Source of the DNA: an uncultured Desulfarculaceae bacterium
GTDB taxonomy: Bacteria > Desulfobacterota > Desulfocorpusculales > Desulfocorpusculum
Reading direction: 5' to 3'
Length of the DNA: 64,000 bases
Assembly: GCA_964414345.1 (NCBI GenBank)
Contig: CAYPWF010000005.1
Location: 6,974-70,973 of the forward strand
Below the pieces are notes generated by a model. The model was not told the DNA's origin, did not search any database, and was given only the letters and a program-made list of their open reading frames with translations. Position 1 is the stretch's first letter. Each line of letters starts with the position of its first letter. Positions 18,131-26,541 of this stretch are shown here, one piece after another. The translations under genes and the position numbers were made by a program.

Positions 18131-18622
18131 CTAGTCCAGATCCACCTGAGTCTTGCACTTGTTGCACCTCATGGCCCCACGGAAAAGCTTCTGGCCGCAT
18201 TGGGGGCAAAGGTACCTGGCTTCCTCATCCTGGACCCACTTCTCGGTTCCTACTTCCCGCCAATAAGGAATGGCCCTCAAGATCACCCTCTTGCCCACGC
18301 TCATGGGGAAATTCTCTATGTGCGTGCAGGGGAACTCATCACATTGGTGGCAGCCCTGGTAACCTTTCTTCTGGGTGCAGGACCTGATCTCACACTTTTT
18401 GCAGTATATGAACTGATCCTGGGAAAGGCACCCCTGGCATCTGATCTCATCTGGGGTTAGCCTCTCGCTGTTGGGGAGGGTGCCCTTTCCAGGGGAGTTA
18501 CCCTTGTAAAGCTCAACCAGTTTCTCTTTGAGCTTCTGGTTATTGTCCCTATGTGCAATGTAGATGGCACAGACCCCACAGTAGAGCCCGCACGGAGCCA
18601 GAAAATTCGGGTTCACTTCCAT
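18131..18622 (-). CDS. DUF3795-like cysteine-rich protein (putative metal/Fe-S-binding)
   Basis: Start at MEVNPNFLAPCGLYCGVCAIY. CxxC pairs: CGLYCGVC, CQGC, CKKCEIRSC, CHQCDEFPC, CPQC and CNKC. Confidence 0.55.
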   Translation of the reverse strand: MEVNPNFLAPCGLYCGVCAIYIAHRDNNQKLKEKLVELYKGNSPGKGTLPNSERLTPDEIRCQGCLSQDQFIYCKKCEIRSCTQKKGYQGCHQCDEFPCTHIENFPMSVGKRVILRAIPYWREVGTEKWVQDEEARYLCPQCGQKLFRGAMRCNKCKTQVDLD

Positions 18623-18743
18623 GGCATGCCCCCCTTGCTGTTCCTTTTTCTGGAACTGACTGGGTCCTTTTGGCACTGGGCTGCGAGCCGAAGGCCTGAG
18701 GCCCGAGGGCTGAATCAGATGCTCCCCATTGCCTCGGCCTATC

Positions 18744-19514
18744 TCAGCTCTCTTTCCAGACAGGCTCCCGCTTATCCAAAAAAGCCTGGAGCCCTTCGCG
18801 GGCATCCTGGGTACTCATGAGCTCCTTGAGATAGATCTCCTCGATACGGCCGAGTCCCTTTTCCCCCTGGGTGTCCCAGCCCTCTACCATTGCCTTTCGG
18901 GCCAGTCTGAGCACGACCCCGCTTAGCTTCCCGAAGCGGGAAACCCAAGCCTGGGCCTCTGCCTGGAGTTGATCCTGTGGGACTACCTTGTTCACAAGCC
19001 CTATCTGAAGGGCCTCCTGGGCTGTGACCGTCTCCCCTGATAAAACAAGCTCCATGGCCTTTTTCCTGCCGATGATCCTGGGGAAGGCCAGCGCAGCTAT
19101 GGGGGGGAAGACACCGACTTGGATCTCTGGCTGGCCGAAACGCGCCTTGTCGCTGGCCAGCACCATGTCGCAATAAGTGGCCAGCTCGCATCCTCCACCC
19201 AGGGCCGCCCCTTGCACCACGGCCAGGCTGGGCACCCCCAGGGAGTCCAGACGGCGAAAGATCCCGTGGAAGACACGAATCATGTGCTCGGCCTTGTCCC
19301 CCAGATGGTCCGCCACTTCCACACCCACAGAGAAGGCCTTCCCCTCGGCTTGGAAAACCAGCAGATTGGGGGGAGAACTCACGAGGCTATCCAAGGCTCG
19401 GATTATCTCCTCCATCATCTGGATGTTCATCCAGTTAAGAGGGGGCCTCTTCAAGGTAATCCAGGCCGCCTTTTCCTTAAGCTCCACTCCGATGAACTCG
19501 AACCCCTCCTTCAC
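18744..19514 (-). CDS. Enoyl-CoA hydratase/isomerase (crotonase) family. Candidate cyclohexa-1,5-diene-1-carbonyl-CoA hydratase (Dch/BamR-like).
   Basis: 256 aa crotonase fold with an AALGGGCELA oxyanion-hole motif; located between the oah candidate and bamB. Confidence 0.6.
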   Translation of the reverse strand: MKEGFEFIGVELKEKAAWITLKRPPLNWMNIQMMEEIIRALDSLVSSPPNLLVFQAEGKAFSVGVEVADHLGDKAEHMIRVFHGIFRRLDSLGVPSLAVVQGAALGGGCELATYCDMVLASDKARFGQPEIQVGVFPPIAALAFPRIIGRKKAMELVLSGETVTAQEALQIGLVNKVVPQDQLQAEAQAWVSRFGKLSGVVLRLARKAMVEGWDTQGEKGLGRIEEIYLKELMSTQDAREGLQAFLDKREPVWKES

Positions 19515-19597
19515 CCTTGCACCTCCTGTCCCTGAAGAGAAACCAGCACCGGAAAACCAAGGCGGGACCCAAGAGGCCCCGCCCGATTTGAATTCTC

Positions 19598-20728
19598 CTA
19601 GGCCTGCGGCTTGCCCAGAACCGCCTCTTTTAGTTCCTCGTCAAAGGGATGGGCTTGGGCCAGAAGCTGCCTGTACTTGATGAAGTCTATCAGGTCCTTG
19701 CCTGTGATCTTCTTGGTGTTGAAGGCGTGAAAGCCTAGGAAAGCCTCTGTCATCATGTTCACAGAGAGCCAGTGGCGGTTGGCCAGCTTGGTCATGTCCC
19801 AGAAGAACTTTTTCTTCATGCGGATACCGTCTATGGACTTGATAAGACAGCCTGGGAAAAGATTGGTGAAGGTCCATAGAATCTCTCCCACACACTGGTC
19901 CAGGAGGGCTAGATCCTTCTTGGCCTCCTTGACGTAAGCCCTGGCCTTGGCCAGCTCCTCCCCTTTCTTGAACTCCCCGTAGACGATCTCCCCATCCTCC
20001 ACGTACTTGTCTGTTATGACCTGGGGGTTGCGTACCCACTTGTCCCCGTCCTTGATGACCGGAACCACCTTTGAGATGAGCCCCAGTCGCTTCATCTTAT
20101 AAGCACTCCACATCTCGCAGGAGACGCAGTTCCACATGGCATCCTCCATGCTGAGGAACCATGGGAGGAAATCCGTGGAGCCCCCATCCGGCGCAGAGCC
20201 GTGGCGGGGACCGGCCTGCCCGAAAATTGCTAGGTCAGAGGCCACAGTCAGATCACAGGCCATTCCTATCTCCTGTCCGCCTGCCACCCGCATGCCGTTT
20301 ACCCTGCAAATGACGGGTTTCTTGCAATTCAAAATGGCATCCACCATGCCGTTGAACAAATCCATGTACAGGCCGTATTCCTGGGGATTGCCCCCGTAGT
20401 ACTCTGCATACTCCTTGGTGTTGCCCCCGGTGCAGAAGGCATCTGTTCCCACAGCAGTAAAAACAACGGCCACCACGCTTCTGTCCATGGAAGCCTTGTG
20501 AAACCCGGAGATGACCCCCTTTACCATCTCAGTGGTGTAGGAGTTGTATTGCCTCGGGTTGTTCAATATGACCCAGGCCGAATAAAGCCCCTCCACGGGC
20601 CGGCCTTTGGGGTCCAAAATGGGCCTTTTCTCGTAAATGGTGCAGGGGGCTTCTTTCCCAAAATGCTCATCCCCCCAAAGGTCGTGGTCTTTCATGCCTT
20701 TCTCTTTGGGCAGCCAATCCAGGGACAT
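19598..20728 (-). CDS. bamA: Crotonase-family ring-cleaving hydrolase. Candidate 6-oxocyclohex-1-ene-1-carbonyl-CoA hydrolase (Oah/BamA-like).
   Basis: 376 aa, unusually long for a crotonase (the Oah size class), with FCTGGNTKEY and MRVAGGQEIGMACD motifs; sits next to dch and the bam operon. Confidence 0.65.
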   Translation of the reverse strand: MSLDWLPKEKGMKDHDLWGDEHFGKEAPCTIYEKRPILDPKGRPVEGLYSAWVILNNPRQYNSYTTEMVKGVISGFHKASMDRSVVAVVFTAVGTDAFCTGGNTKEYAEYYGGNPQEYGLYMDLFNGMVDAILNCKKPVICRVNGMRVAGGQEIGMACDLTVASDLAIFGQAGPRHGSAPDGGSTDFLPWFLSMEDAMWNCVSCEMWSAYKMKRLGLISKVVPVIKDGDKWVRNPQVITDKYVEDGEIVYGEFKKGEELAKARAYVKEAKKDLALLDQCVGEILWTFTNLFPGCLIKSIDGIRMKKKFFWDMTKLANRHWLSVNMMTEAFLGFHAFNTKKITGKDLIDFIKYRQLLAQAHPFDEELKEAVLGKPQA

Positions 20729-20838
20729 CGCAACCTCCTTATTCTCTTGTTTCGTTATTTGCTGACTTGGATTTCTGATATCAACCAGCCGGCACCTGCT
20801 CGCAGCTTCTTATCTAAGCCCTTTCCTGTCCCCCTCCA

Positions 20839-21444
20839 TCACCCCCTCTCGGCTATCTTTCTTTGTCCCCCGAAGGCCTTCTCCCCGCCTTCCAAAAAAG
20901 CCACCTGGGACCACTCCTGACAACGCTCCACCCTATCCAACATGACGTTGAGATGGTGCAGCTCGCTTCTGAATCTATCATGATCCTTTTCCAGCACCAG
21001 GAAGCGGTTAACAGGGGTCTTCCCCCTGTACTCCTCCATCCTCTTCCTTAGGCTTCGAATGGTCTTTTCCAGCAGCACCTTTTTCTGCTTGAGGCAATCC
21101 AGAGCTTTTTCTTTATCCAAGGCGAAAATAAAAAAATATCCCAGATTGGAAAGGTCATAGGTGATGTTCTTGTCCAGGAGGGACTTCTCAACAAGCCTGG
21201 CCAGACGTTCCCGGCCCTTGGAGGTAAGGCTGTAAACACGCCTCTCTGGCATGAGCCCTTCCCTCTCCCTGCGGGAACTCACCATCCCTTGATCTTCAAG
21301 GGACCCCAGGGTCTTGTAAATCATGGGAGGGCTTATCTTGGCCCAGGAGTCCATGCGGTGGACCTTGACCAGCTGGTTGATCTGGTAGCCGTGCATGGGC
21401 TCATCCAGGAGAAAACCCATTACCACCAGCTCATACTTGGACAT
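20839..21444 (-). CDS. PadR-family transcriptional regulator with a C-terminal coiled-coil extension
   Basis: MSKYELVVMGFLLDEPMHGYQINQLVKV...YKTLGSLEDQGMV...RRVYSLTSKGRERL is a canonical PadR wHTH. Confidence 0.8.
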   Translation of the reverse strand: MSKYELVVMGFLLDEPMHGYQINQLVKVHRMDSWAKISPPMIYKTLGSLEDQGMVSSRREREGLMPERRVYSLTSKGRERLARLVEKSLLDKNITYDLSNLGYFFIFALDKEKALDCLKQKKVLLEKTIRSLRKRMEEYRGKTPVNRFLVLEKDHDRFRSELHHLNVMLDRVERCQEWSQVAFLEGGEKAFGGQRKIAERG

Positions 21445-21505
21445 CCCGGGCCTCCTCTAACGGGGCCTCCGAAATCTGCCGGAAGCCGTAAGCTAATCTA
21501 CTTCT

Positions 21506-21528
21506 GACTAGTCTCTTTGAAACTAGTC
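21506..21528. promoter_or_regulatory. Operator-like site GACTAGTCTCTTTGAAACTAGTC about 60 bp upstream of the padR start
   Basis: Same ACTAGT-N9-ACTAGT architecture and TCTCTTTG spacer as 16032-16052. Confidence 0.55.
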
Positions 21529-21694
21529 TTAGTTACCCTACATGGAATGGGATGTCAAGAGAATTTTTAGGTCTGTTTGGCACCAATGGGGGCAGGCAGC
21601 CGGGCGAATGGTATTTGATCCCAAACATCGGACTCCTCAAACCAAGCTCTCCGGCCTGGAGGCTTGACTTTGAACCCTGAACTCTCCCGGCCTC

Positions 21695-22477
21695 TTACTC
21701 CTTGCCCGGAGCAGACCAAAGAAGCCCTCCTGCCTCGTCCAGAAGCAGGATGGAGGAAACAGGGGTGAAGAGCTTCTCCCCAGGGGCTTCTCCCTTAAGC
21801 CTTATTGAGCCAAGTGTGAGCCTGAGATTCCCTCGGGCGTCTCCCATCTGCAGGGTTGGCTCCCCCTGCTCCAGCACTCCGAGACCTGCCCTGGGCTCTC
21901 CTGTTTGGTCATAGAAATTGAGGAGCACATCCTCCTCCTCGCTGAAGCCCATATGTGCCCTGACTGTCTGCCGCCCATCCATAAGAAGAAGGGACGGGTC
22001 CCCCTGCAAACCTACCTTGGCAGCCAGTCTTGTGTGCCCTGTCTTGTCTCGAAGCTCTAGGCCAGGATCATTCCCTTGCCCCAGGCGCAGGCTGGCCCTG
22101 CCCTCTGCCGAGTCGTCCAAGAGGGTTACCTGCGGTGTACCTTCCATCCAGGTTCCCAGGATCACCCTGAATTCTCCCTGGCTGTCATGCAGGGAAAGAA
22201 AAGACTCCCCTAAGGGATCCAACCCGGCCATGAGTCTCACCCGGCCTGCCCGATCGTACAGCACGAGTCTGGCACCGCCTTCTCGATGCGCCCCAATCCT
22301 CCCCATGACTCTGCCCGAAGCGTCTATCACCCTGAACTCCTCTGCGGCTACAACCTTTTCCTTTAACACGGCCCTCTGAGCCGATACCCCCTGGACCTCC
22401 AGAAGGGTCCCACCTATCATGCCACCCAGCACACCCCCACCCAGGATACCCAGCAACTGAATCCACGATGCCTTCAC
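21695..22477 (-). CDS. Membrane-anchored hypothetical protein with ~35-aa internal repeats
   Basis: N-terminal hydrophobic segment WIQLLGILGGGVLGGMIGG. Repeated G-x-R/L-R-L...D...G units, for example GRVRLMAGLDPLGESFLSLHDSQGEFRVIL, GHTRLAAKVGLQGDPSLLLMDGRQTVRAHM and GNLRLTLGSIRLKGE. Confidence 0.4.
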   Translation of the reverse strand: MKASWIQLLGILGGGVLGGMIGGTLLEVQGVSAQRAVLKEKVVAAEEFRVIDASGRVMGRIGAHREGGARLVLYDRAGRVRLMAGLDPLGESFLSLHDSQGEFRVILGTWMEGTPQVTLLDDSAEGRASLRLGQGNDPGLELRDKTGHTRLAAKVGLQGDPSLLLMDGRQTVRAHMGFSEEEDVLLNFYDQTGEPRAGLGVLEQGEPTLQMGDARGNLRLTLGSIRLKGEAPGEKLFTPVSSILLLDEAGGLLWSAPGKE

Positions 22478-22562
22478 TTACATGACCTCCTGTCAAGTTA
22501 AGTTTTCTCCATTCCCGGGGGACGGGATCGGGAAAAGGGTCTGCACCCTTAGTACTTGAAAA

Positions 22563-22856
22563 TCAAACCTCATGGTATTGCGGATTCCCCCAATCGGAAA
22601 AACTAAAGTTCTGTAGCACGCTGTGCCCGTTGAAGTCCAGCACGCGGCAGTCGTCGGTCTGCTTCAGATCCTCCAAGACCAGTCGGTAATGCTCCCCATA
22701 CCGTTGCATCACCTTTTCCAGGGGAAGCTCGTAGGCTACGAACTTTCGTATCCCTTTGGAGGCAAGTTTCTCCACCAATTTTGGATCAGTGAGGGACTCA
22801 AAGTTTGTAAGTATCACTATGGGCCCTGTTCCTGTGAGGAAGATCCCGGCTTTCAT
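22563..22856 (-). CDS. Hypothetical protein (97 aa)
   Basis: Intact ORF with plausible codon usage; no recognised motif. Confidence 0.3.
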   Translation of the reverse strand: MKAGIFLTGTGPIVILTNFESLTDPKLVEKLASKGIRKFVAYELPLEKVMQRYGEHYRLVLEDLKQTDDCRVLDFNGHSVLQNFSFSDWGNPQYHEV

Positions 22857-23183
22857 GCGGCACCTCCTCCATCGGGTCTCCGATCCGCCATCCCCCTTAA
22901 GAAAGATTCTAACACAAAAGTTTGATACAGGCCTCCAAGGATGGACCTAAACCCACGCCAAACAGATATCTTCTTTAAGCGTTTTCTAAAAAGATTTTCA
23001 TGGGGTTGTAAACCTCCAGGCATGCAAAGTTCGTCAAATTTAGCGAAACCTGAGCTGGAAACGAGGGGGGCAATGGATACAATCTTGGCTCTGGCAGATC
23101 CCTCTGTTGTGGGTGCGCAACTCCTGTGCTATAAGGATCAAGAAGCTTCATGGATCAAGACACAGGAGCAACCTGCGCTTCAT

Positions 23184-23771
23184 ATGGACCTCAGTGATGA
23201 AGAGCTCGTGGAGTTGGCCAAAGGTGGAGATCGAAGGGCCTTCGAGGAGCTGGTGGTGCGCCACCAGGAGCGAGCTTATTCCCTGGCTTTGCACATGTGC
23301 CTGGGGGATACCCTGGAAGCCCAGGATCTCACTCAGGAAGCCTTTCTGCGGGCATTTCGAAATATCGGAAATTTCAGAGGGGACTCAGCGTTCTATACCT
23401 GGCTTTTCAGGATCGTGGTAAATACCTGCCTGGATGGAAGACGAAGAAAACTGCGCTGGGAAAACCTGTTTTCTTTTTGGAGATCCAGGTCCGAGGAGCA
23501 GGAGGAAAGCGACGAGCTGGAGGCGCAAGCAGATCCCAAGCCCGGTTCCGACCCTTTGGCCATGTTAAGCAACAAGGAGCTTTCCAGACAGGTGCGAAAA
23601 GCCCTTGAGGGACTTCCTCCAAGGCAAAGGATGGCCCTTCAGCTGAAAGTCATCCACGGTATGAGCCTCAAGGAGATCTCCGAACTAATGGGAGCTGCCG
23701 AGGGGACTGTGAAGAGCCATCTTTTCAGGGCCACCCACAGGCTTCAGCAGGAGCTGAAGGACTGGCTGTGA
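23184..23771 (+). CDS. ECF-subfamily RNA polymerase sigma-70 factor
   Basis: Start placed at MDLSDEELVELAKGGDRRAFEELV. Region 2 (FLRAFRNIGNFRGDSAFYTWLFRIVVNTCLDGRRRK) and region 4 (LPPRQRMALQLKVIHGMSLKEISELMG...VKSHLFRATHRLQ). Confidence 0.85.
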   Translation: MDLSDEELVELAKGGDRRAFEELVVRHQERAYSLALHMCLGDTLEAQDLTQEAFLRAFRNIGNFRGDSAFYTWLFRIVVNTCLDGRRRKLRWENLFSFWRSRSEEQEESDELEAQADPKPGSDPLAMLSNKELSRQVRKALEGLPPRQRMALQLKVIHGMSLKEISELMGAAEGTVKSHLFRATHRLQQELKDWL

Positions 23772-23790
23772 AGTTAGGGAGGAAAGAACC

Positions 23791-24282
23791 ATGAAAGAAT
23801 GCTCCCGTTTCAAAGAACATCTCCTACTGGATGTGCACCAAGAGCAGCTTCCCGAGCATGATAAGTGGCTGGAACATCTGGCAACATGCTCTGAGTGCCG
23901 GCAGGAGAGGGAGAAACTAGAGGCCATGCTCCTCAAAGTGGAGCAGGCTTGGCGTGTTCCCCAGCCAACTTCCTTTGAGTCGGCCAGGCTTAAGAAATCA
24001 ATTCTCCAAGAATTGGAAAAAAGGCCGAGCAGTATGAGAAACTGGGCCTGGCCGGTTAGGTTGCCGGTTCCTGCTTTAGCCGGGGCAGTGATGATAATGG
24101 TGGCGGGATGGTTGGGCTGGCAGCATTTTGCACCCCACAGGATGGAGAGCAACAATCCTGAGAGCGAAGAGAGGCTTTTGGTTCAGGAAAAGGATCTCTT
24201 GGAGGACATGGAGCTTTTGGAAGACATGGACGTAATCCAGAGACTGGTTCAAATCCTGGACAAGAAGGAGGCCGTGCTCTGA
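23791..24282 (+). CDS. Anti-sigma factor (zf-HC2 type) with a single transmembrane helix
   Basis: HLATCSECRQE zinc-finger-like motif; TM segment LPVPALAGAVMIMVAGWLGW; immediately downstream of the ECF sigma gene. Confidence 0.7.
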   Translation: MKECSRFKEHLLLDVHQEQLPEHDKWLEHLATCSECRQEREKLEAMLLKVEQAWRVPQPTSFESARLKKSILQELEKRPSSMRNWAWPVRLPVPALAGAVMIMVAGWLGWQHFAPHRMESNNPESEERLLVQEKDLLEDMELLEDMDVIQRLVQILDKKEAVL

Positions 24283-24314
24283 GCAAAAGCGCGGTTTGAG
24301 GCAAGCCTGGGGAA

Positions 24315-24839
24315 GTGATGAAAAAGACTAGCCTATTGGACATCTCCTGGATTAGGTCTTTGAGCTTGGGGTGGGGTATCATATTTCGGCTGGGGCTAGG
24401 TTCCTTATTTTGGGCTGCTGTTGGGCTGGCTGGGCCAGGCATATCAGTTGCTTTAGATACCGCCTACGATCAGGACCCGATTCAGAGACTCAAACCACCC
24501 CCTTCAGTGGAACGGAGGCTTCCACCTCCCCCCACTGAGAAGCGAAGAGCTCCTTCTGAAGCCCCAAGCAGACTTACACCAGAGGAAAGGGGGAGACTGC
24601 ACCAAAGACTCCAGCAGTTCCGTTCCCTCCCCCCTGAGAAGCGTGAGAACCTGCGGGAGAGATGGCAGAGGTGGAAGAGCCTCCCCCCTCAGGATCAAGA
24701 CCTGTATCGCAAAAGGTTCGAGCAGTGGAGAAGCCTTCCTCCGGATGAACAGTTGCGCTACCGCCAGAAACTCAGAAATCCGGAAAAGCTGAGCCCTCAA
24801 GAACGAGACGAAATCCGCCAAAGGTTCTTGGGACGCTGA
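24315..24839 (+). CDS. DUF3106-like repeat protein (signal/TM anchor plus RxxxxxWxxLPPxx repeats)
   Basis: Repeats RERWQRWKSLPPQDQ, RKRFEQWRSLPPDEQ and RLQQFRSLPPEKREN; third gene of the sigma/anti-sigma module. Confidence 0.55.
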   Translation: MMKKTSLLDISWIRSLSLGWGIIFRLGLGSLFWAAVGLAGPGISVALDTAYDQDPIQRLKPPPSVERRLPPPPTEKRRAPSEAPSRLTPEERGRLHQRLQQFRSLPPEKRENLRERWQRWKSLPPQDQDLYRKRFEQWRSLPPDEQLRYRQKLRNPEKLSPQERDEIRQRFLGR

Positions 24840-24889
24840 GCATCAGGGCCCAGACTCTGGCACAAGCCGAGCAGCATCTTTCACCAACA

Positions 24890-25095
24890 GCACTAACCCG
24901 GATTATACTGCAAGGCCTGTGACTTTGGGGGCCACGCCCCCCCAAGCCCCAGGCACTCTCTAGCATATCCCGACTCTGACCAGGGCCGAATCTGAAACCG
25001 AGGATCAGGGTGTCTTTGAGCATGGCCCGGTTTGTCCGAACAATCCATTGAGATAACCCGCATTATTTACTTATGGTGAATGATGTGGGCCGCGT
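24890..25095 (+). repeat. Copy A of the ~200-bp intergenic repeat family
   Basis: Starts CTAACCCGGATTATACTGC; contains CCAGGGCCGAATCTGAAACCGAGGATCAGG and TTTGAGCATGGCCCGGTTTGTCCGAAC. Its terminal TAACCCGCATTATTTAC is in direct rather than inverted orientation. Confidence 0.6.
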
Positions 25096-25263
25096 GCGGG
25101 TTGGCTTTTCCATGTGATAGGCCGAGTTGAACCATACTCGAGAACATGCTGATTTCAGGTTCTGGGGGGTATGTGAGAAAATGTGGAAATTTGGCTGGGG
25201 CTTGAGGGTTTCCCTTAGGTCCAAATCCTGCAAAATCAAAGCCCATCCGCCCTGCAATGCGGG

Positions 25264-25923
25264 CTAGTTTGTCTCTAGAATCCCGAACAAGAGCTTTCTG
25301 AACCGACGGATATCCAGCTCTGAGACCCTTGAGCCTATTCGGGCTAAGAACACATTTTCCTCTCTTATGGCTACGTTGGGCTCGTTGGTTGGGTACTCCT
25401 TGAAACCATATGGTTTCATCAAGTTGATCATCATCTGGCGATACTGGGCCAGGGTAAAGCCGGTCCCCTCCAAATCCCAATGCCAGGAAAATCCGTTCAT
25501 ATAAGCTATCTTCTCCTCATAGAAGTCCCTGTCCATGGCCATGTGTACCAGTTTTTGGGCGATCCCCAGGTTTCTCCAGTTCCGGCTTACCTCGATGGCT
25601 CCCATTTCATACATGAGTTTTCCCAAGGCAGCCCACCTTTCCCCTGGGGAGGGGTAATAGCAGCAGGCATATCCCACCACCATATTTCCATCTGCCAGTG
25701 CCAAGATCACATTCCCATCCTCCCCGGAAGCTATTCGTTGGAACAGCTCCAGCTTCTGTATCATGGAGGAGTAATGAGCGAATCTTCCCAACCCCGGGTC
25801 CAATTTAAGTCCGAGAAAGGACTCTGGTGGGCAAAGTGCCCTGAAAAGCAGCTCCCCCCTGGGGGTCTCAACCCTTTGCTCATTGATCTGACCGGGCTTG
25901 GGGCACATCAGAAGTCGCTCCAA
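25264..25923 (-). CDS. GNAT-fold acetyltransferase-like protein (AcuA-like)
   Basis: 219 aa with a GNAT-like core (RNLGIAQKLVHMAM); tandem with a second GNAT gene. Confidence 0.45.
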   Translation of the reverse strand: MERLLMCPKPGQINEQRVETPRGELLFRALCPPESFLGLKLDPGLGRFAHYSSMIQKLELFQRIASGEDGNVILALADGNMVVGYACCYYPSPGERWAALGKLMYEMGAIEVSRNWRNLGIAQKLVHMAMDRDFYEEKIAYMNGFSWHWDLEGTGFTLAQYRQMMINLMKPYGFKEYPTNEPNVAIREENVFLARIGSRVSELDIRRFRKLLFGILETN

Positions 25924-26495
25924 TCCCGATGAAGATTCTTCACCATAATTACCAGGTCGTGGTAACCTCCCTGGGGATCCTTCACATAGTCTTCAAGAAC
26001 AGCCGCCTTGAAGAAGTCCAGCTTCTGGACCCCTCTCATGGCCGCATCCTCCACCCCTGCTACGAACTCCGCCACAAGCTTCTCTACCCCCATTCCCATG
26101 GCCAATTTAACCAAATCCAGAAGCATCCAGGTGCCAAGTCTTTGGCCCCTGTAAACCGGATCAACCATTATACGGATATGTCCCACATGGCTAAGGCAGC
26201 CCCAAGATCTCCTGTGGAGGCTCAAGTTAGCCACTATCAAACCATCGGACTCCCTGACAGCAACCATGGGGAGGACCCTTTGGTAATCCATCTGCTGGAA
26301 CCAACTTCTTATAACCTGAGGATCTGAAACGTTTTCTCGTCTGAACCATCTTTCCCTCTCAGGAATACGAGAAAAGAAATGGTTCAGCCCCTCCTCGTCT
26401 TCCAACACCATGGGGCGAAGTAACACGGGAGTCCCATCCTTGAGCACCACCAGCTTGGGGTAAGCATCGAACATGCCGCATCTCTCCTTTCCCAT
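25908..26495 (-). CDS. GNAT-family N-acetyltransferase
   Basis: Motif A IRIMVDPVYRGQRLGTWML (R/Q-x-x-G-x-G/A). Confidence 0.7.
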   Translation of the reverse strand: MGKERCGMFDAYPKLVVLKDGTPVLLRPMVLEDEEGLNHFFSRIPERERWFRRENVSDPQVIRSWFQQMDYQRVLPMVAVRESDGLIVANLSLHRRSWGCLSHVGHIRIMVDPVYRGQRLGTWMLLDLVKLAMGMGVEKLVAEFVAGVEDAAMRGVQKLDFFKAAVLEDYVKDPQGGYHDLVIMVKNLHRDWSDF

Positions 26496-26541
26496 AGCCT
26501 CAATGACTCCTACCGCCTCAACTGCAGCTGCCTCCCAATTT

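Noticed and set aside
22941-23183. N-terminal 81-aa extension of the ECF sigma factor from the ORF track
   Set aside because: The extension has no sigma-70 region-2 similarity. An ATG at 23184 gives a standard ~195-aa ECF sigma starting just before region 2.
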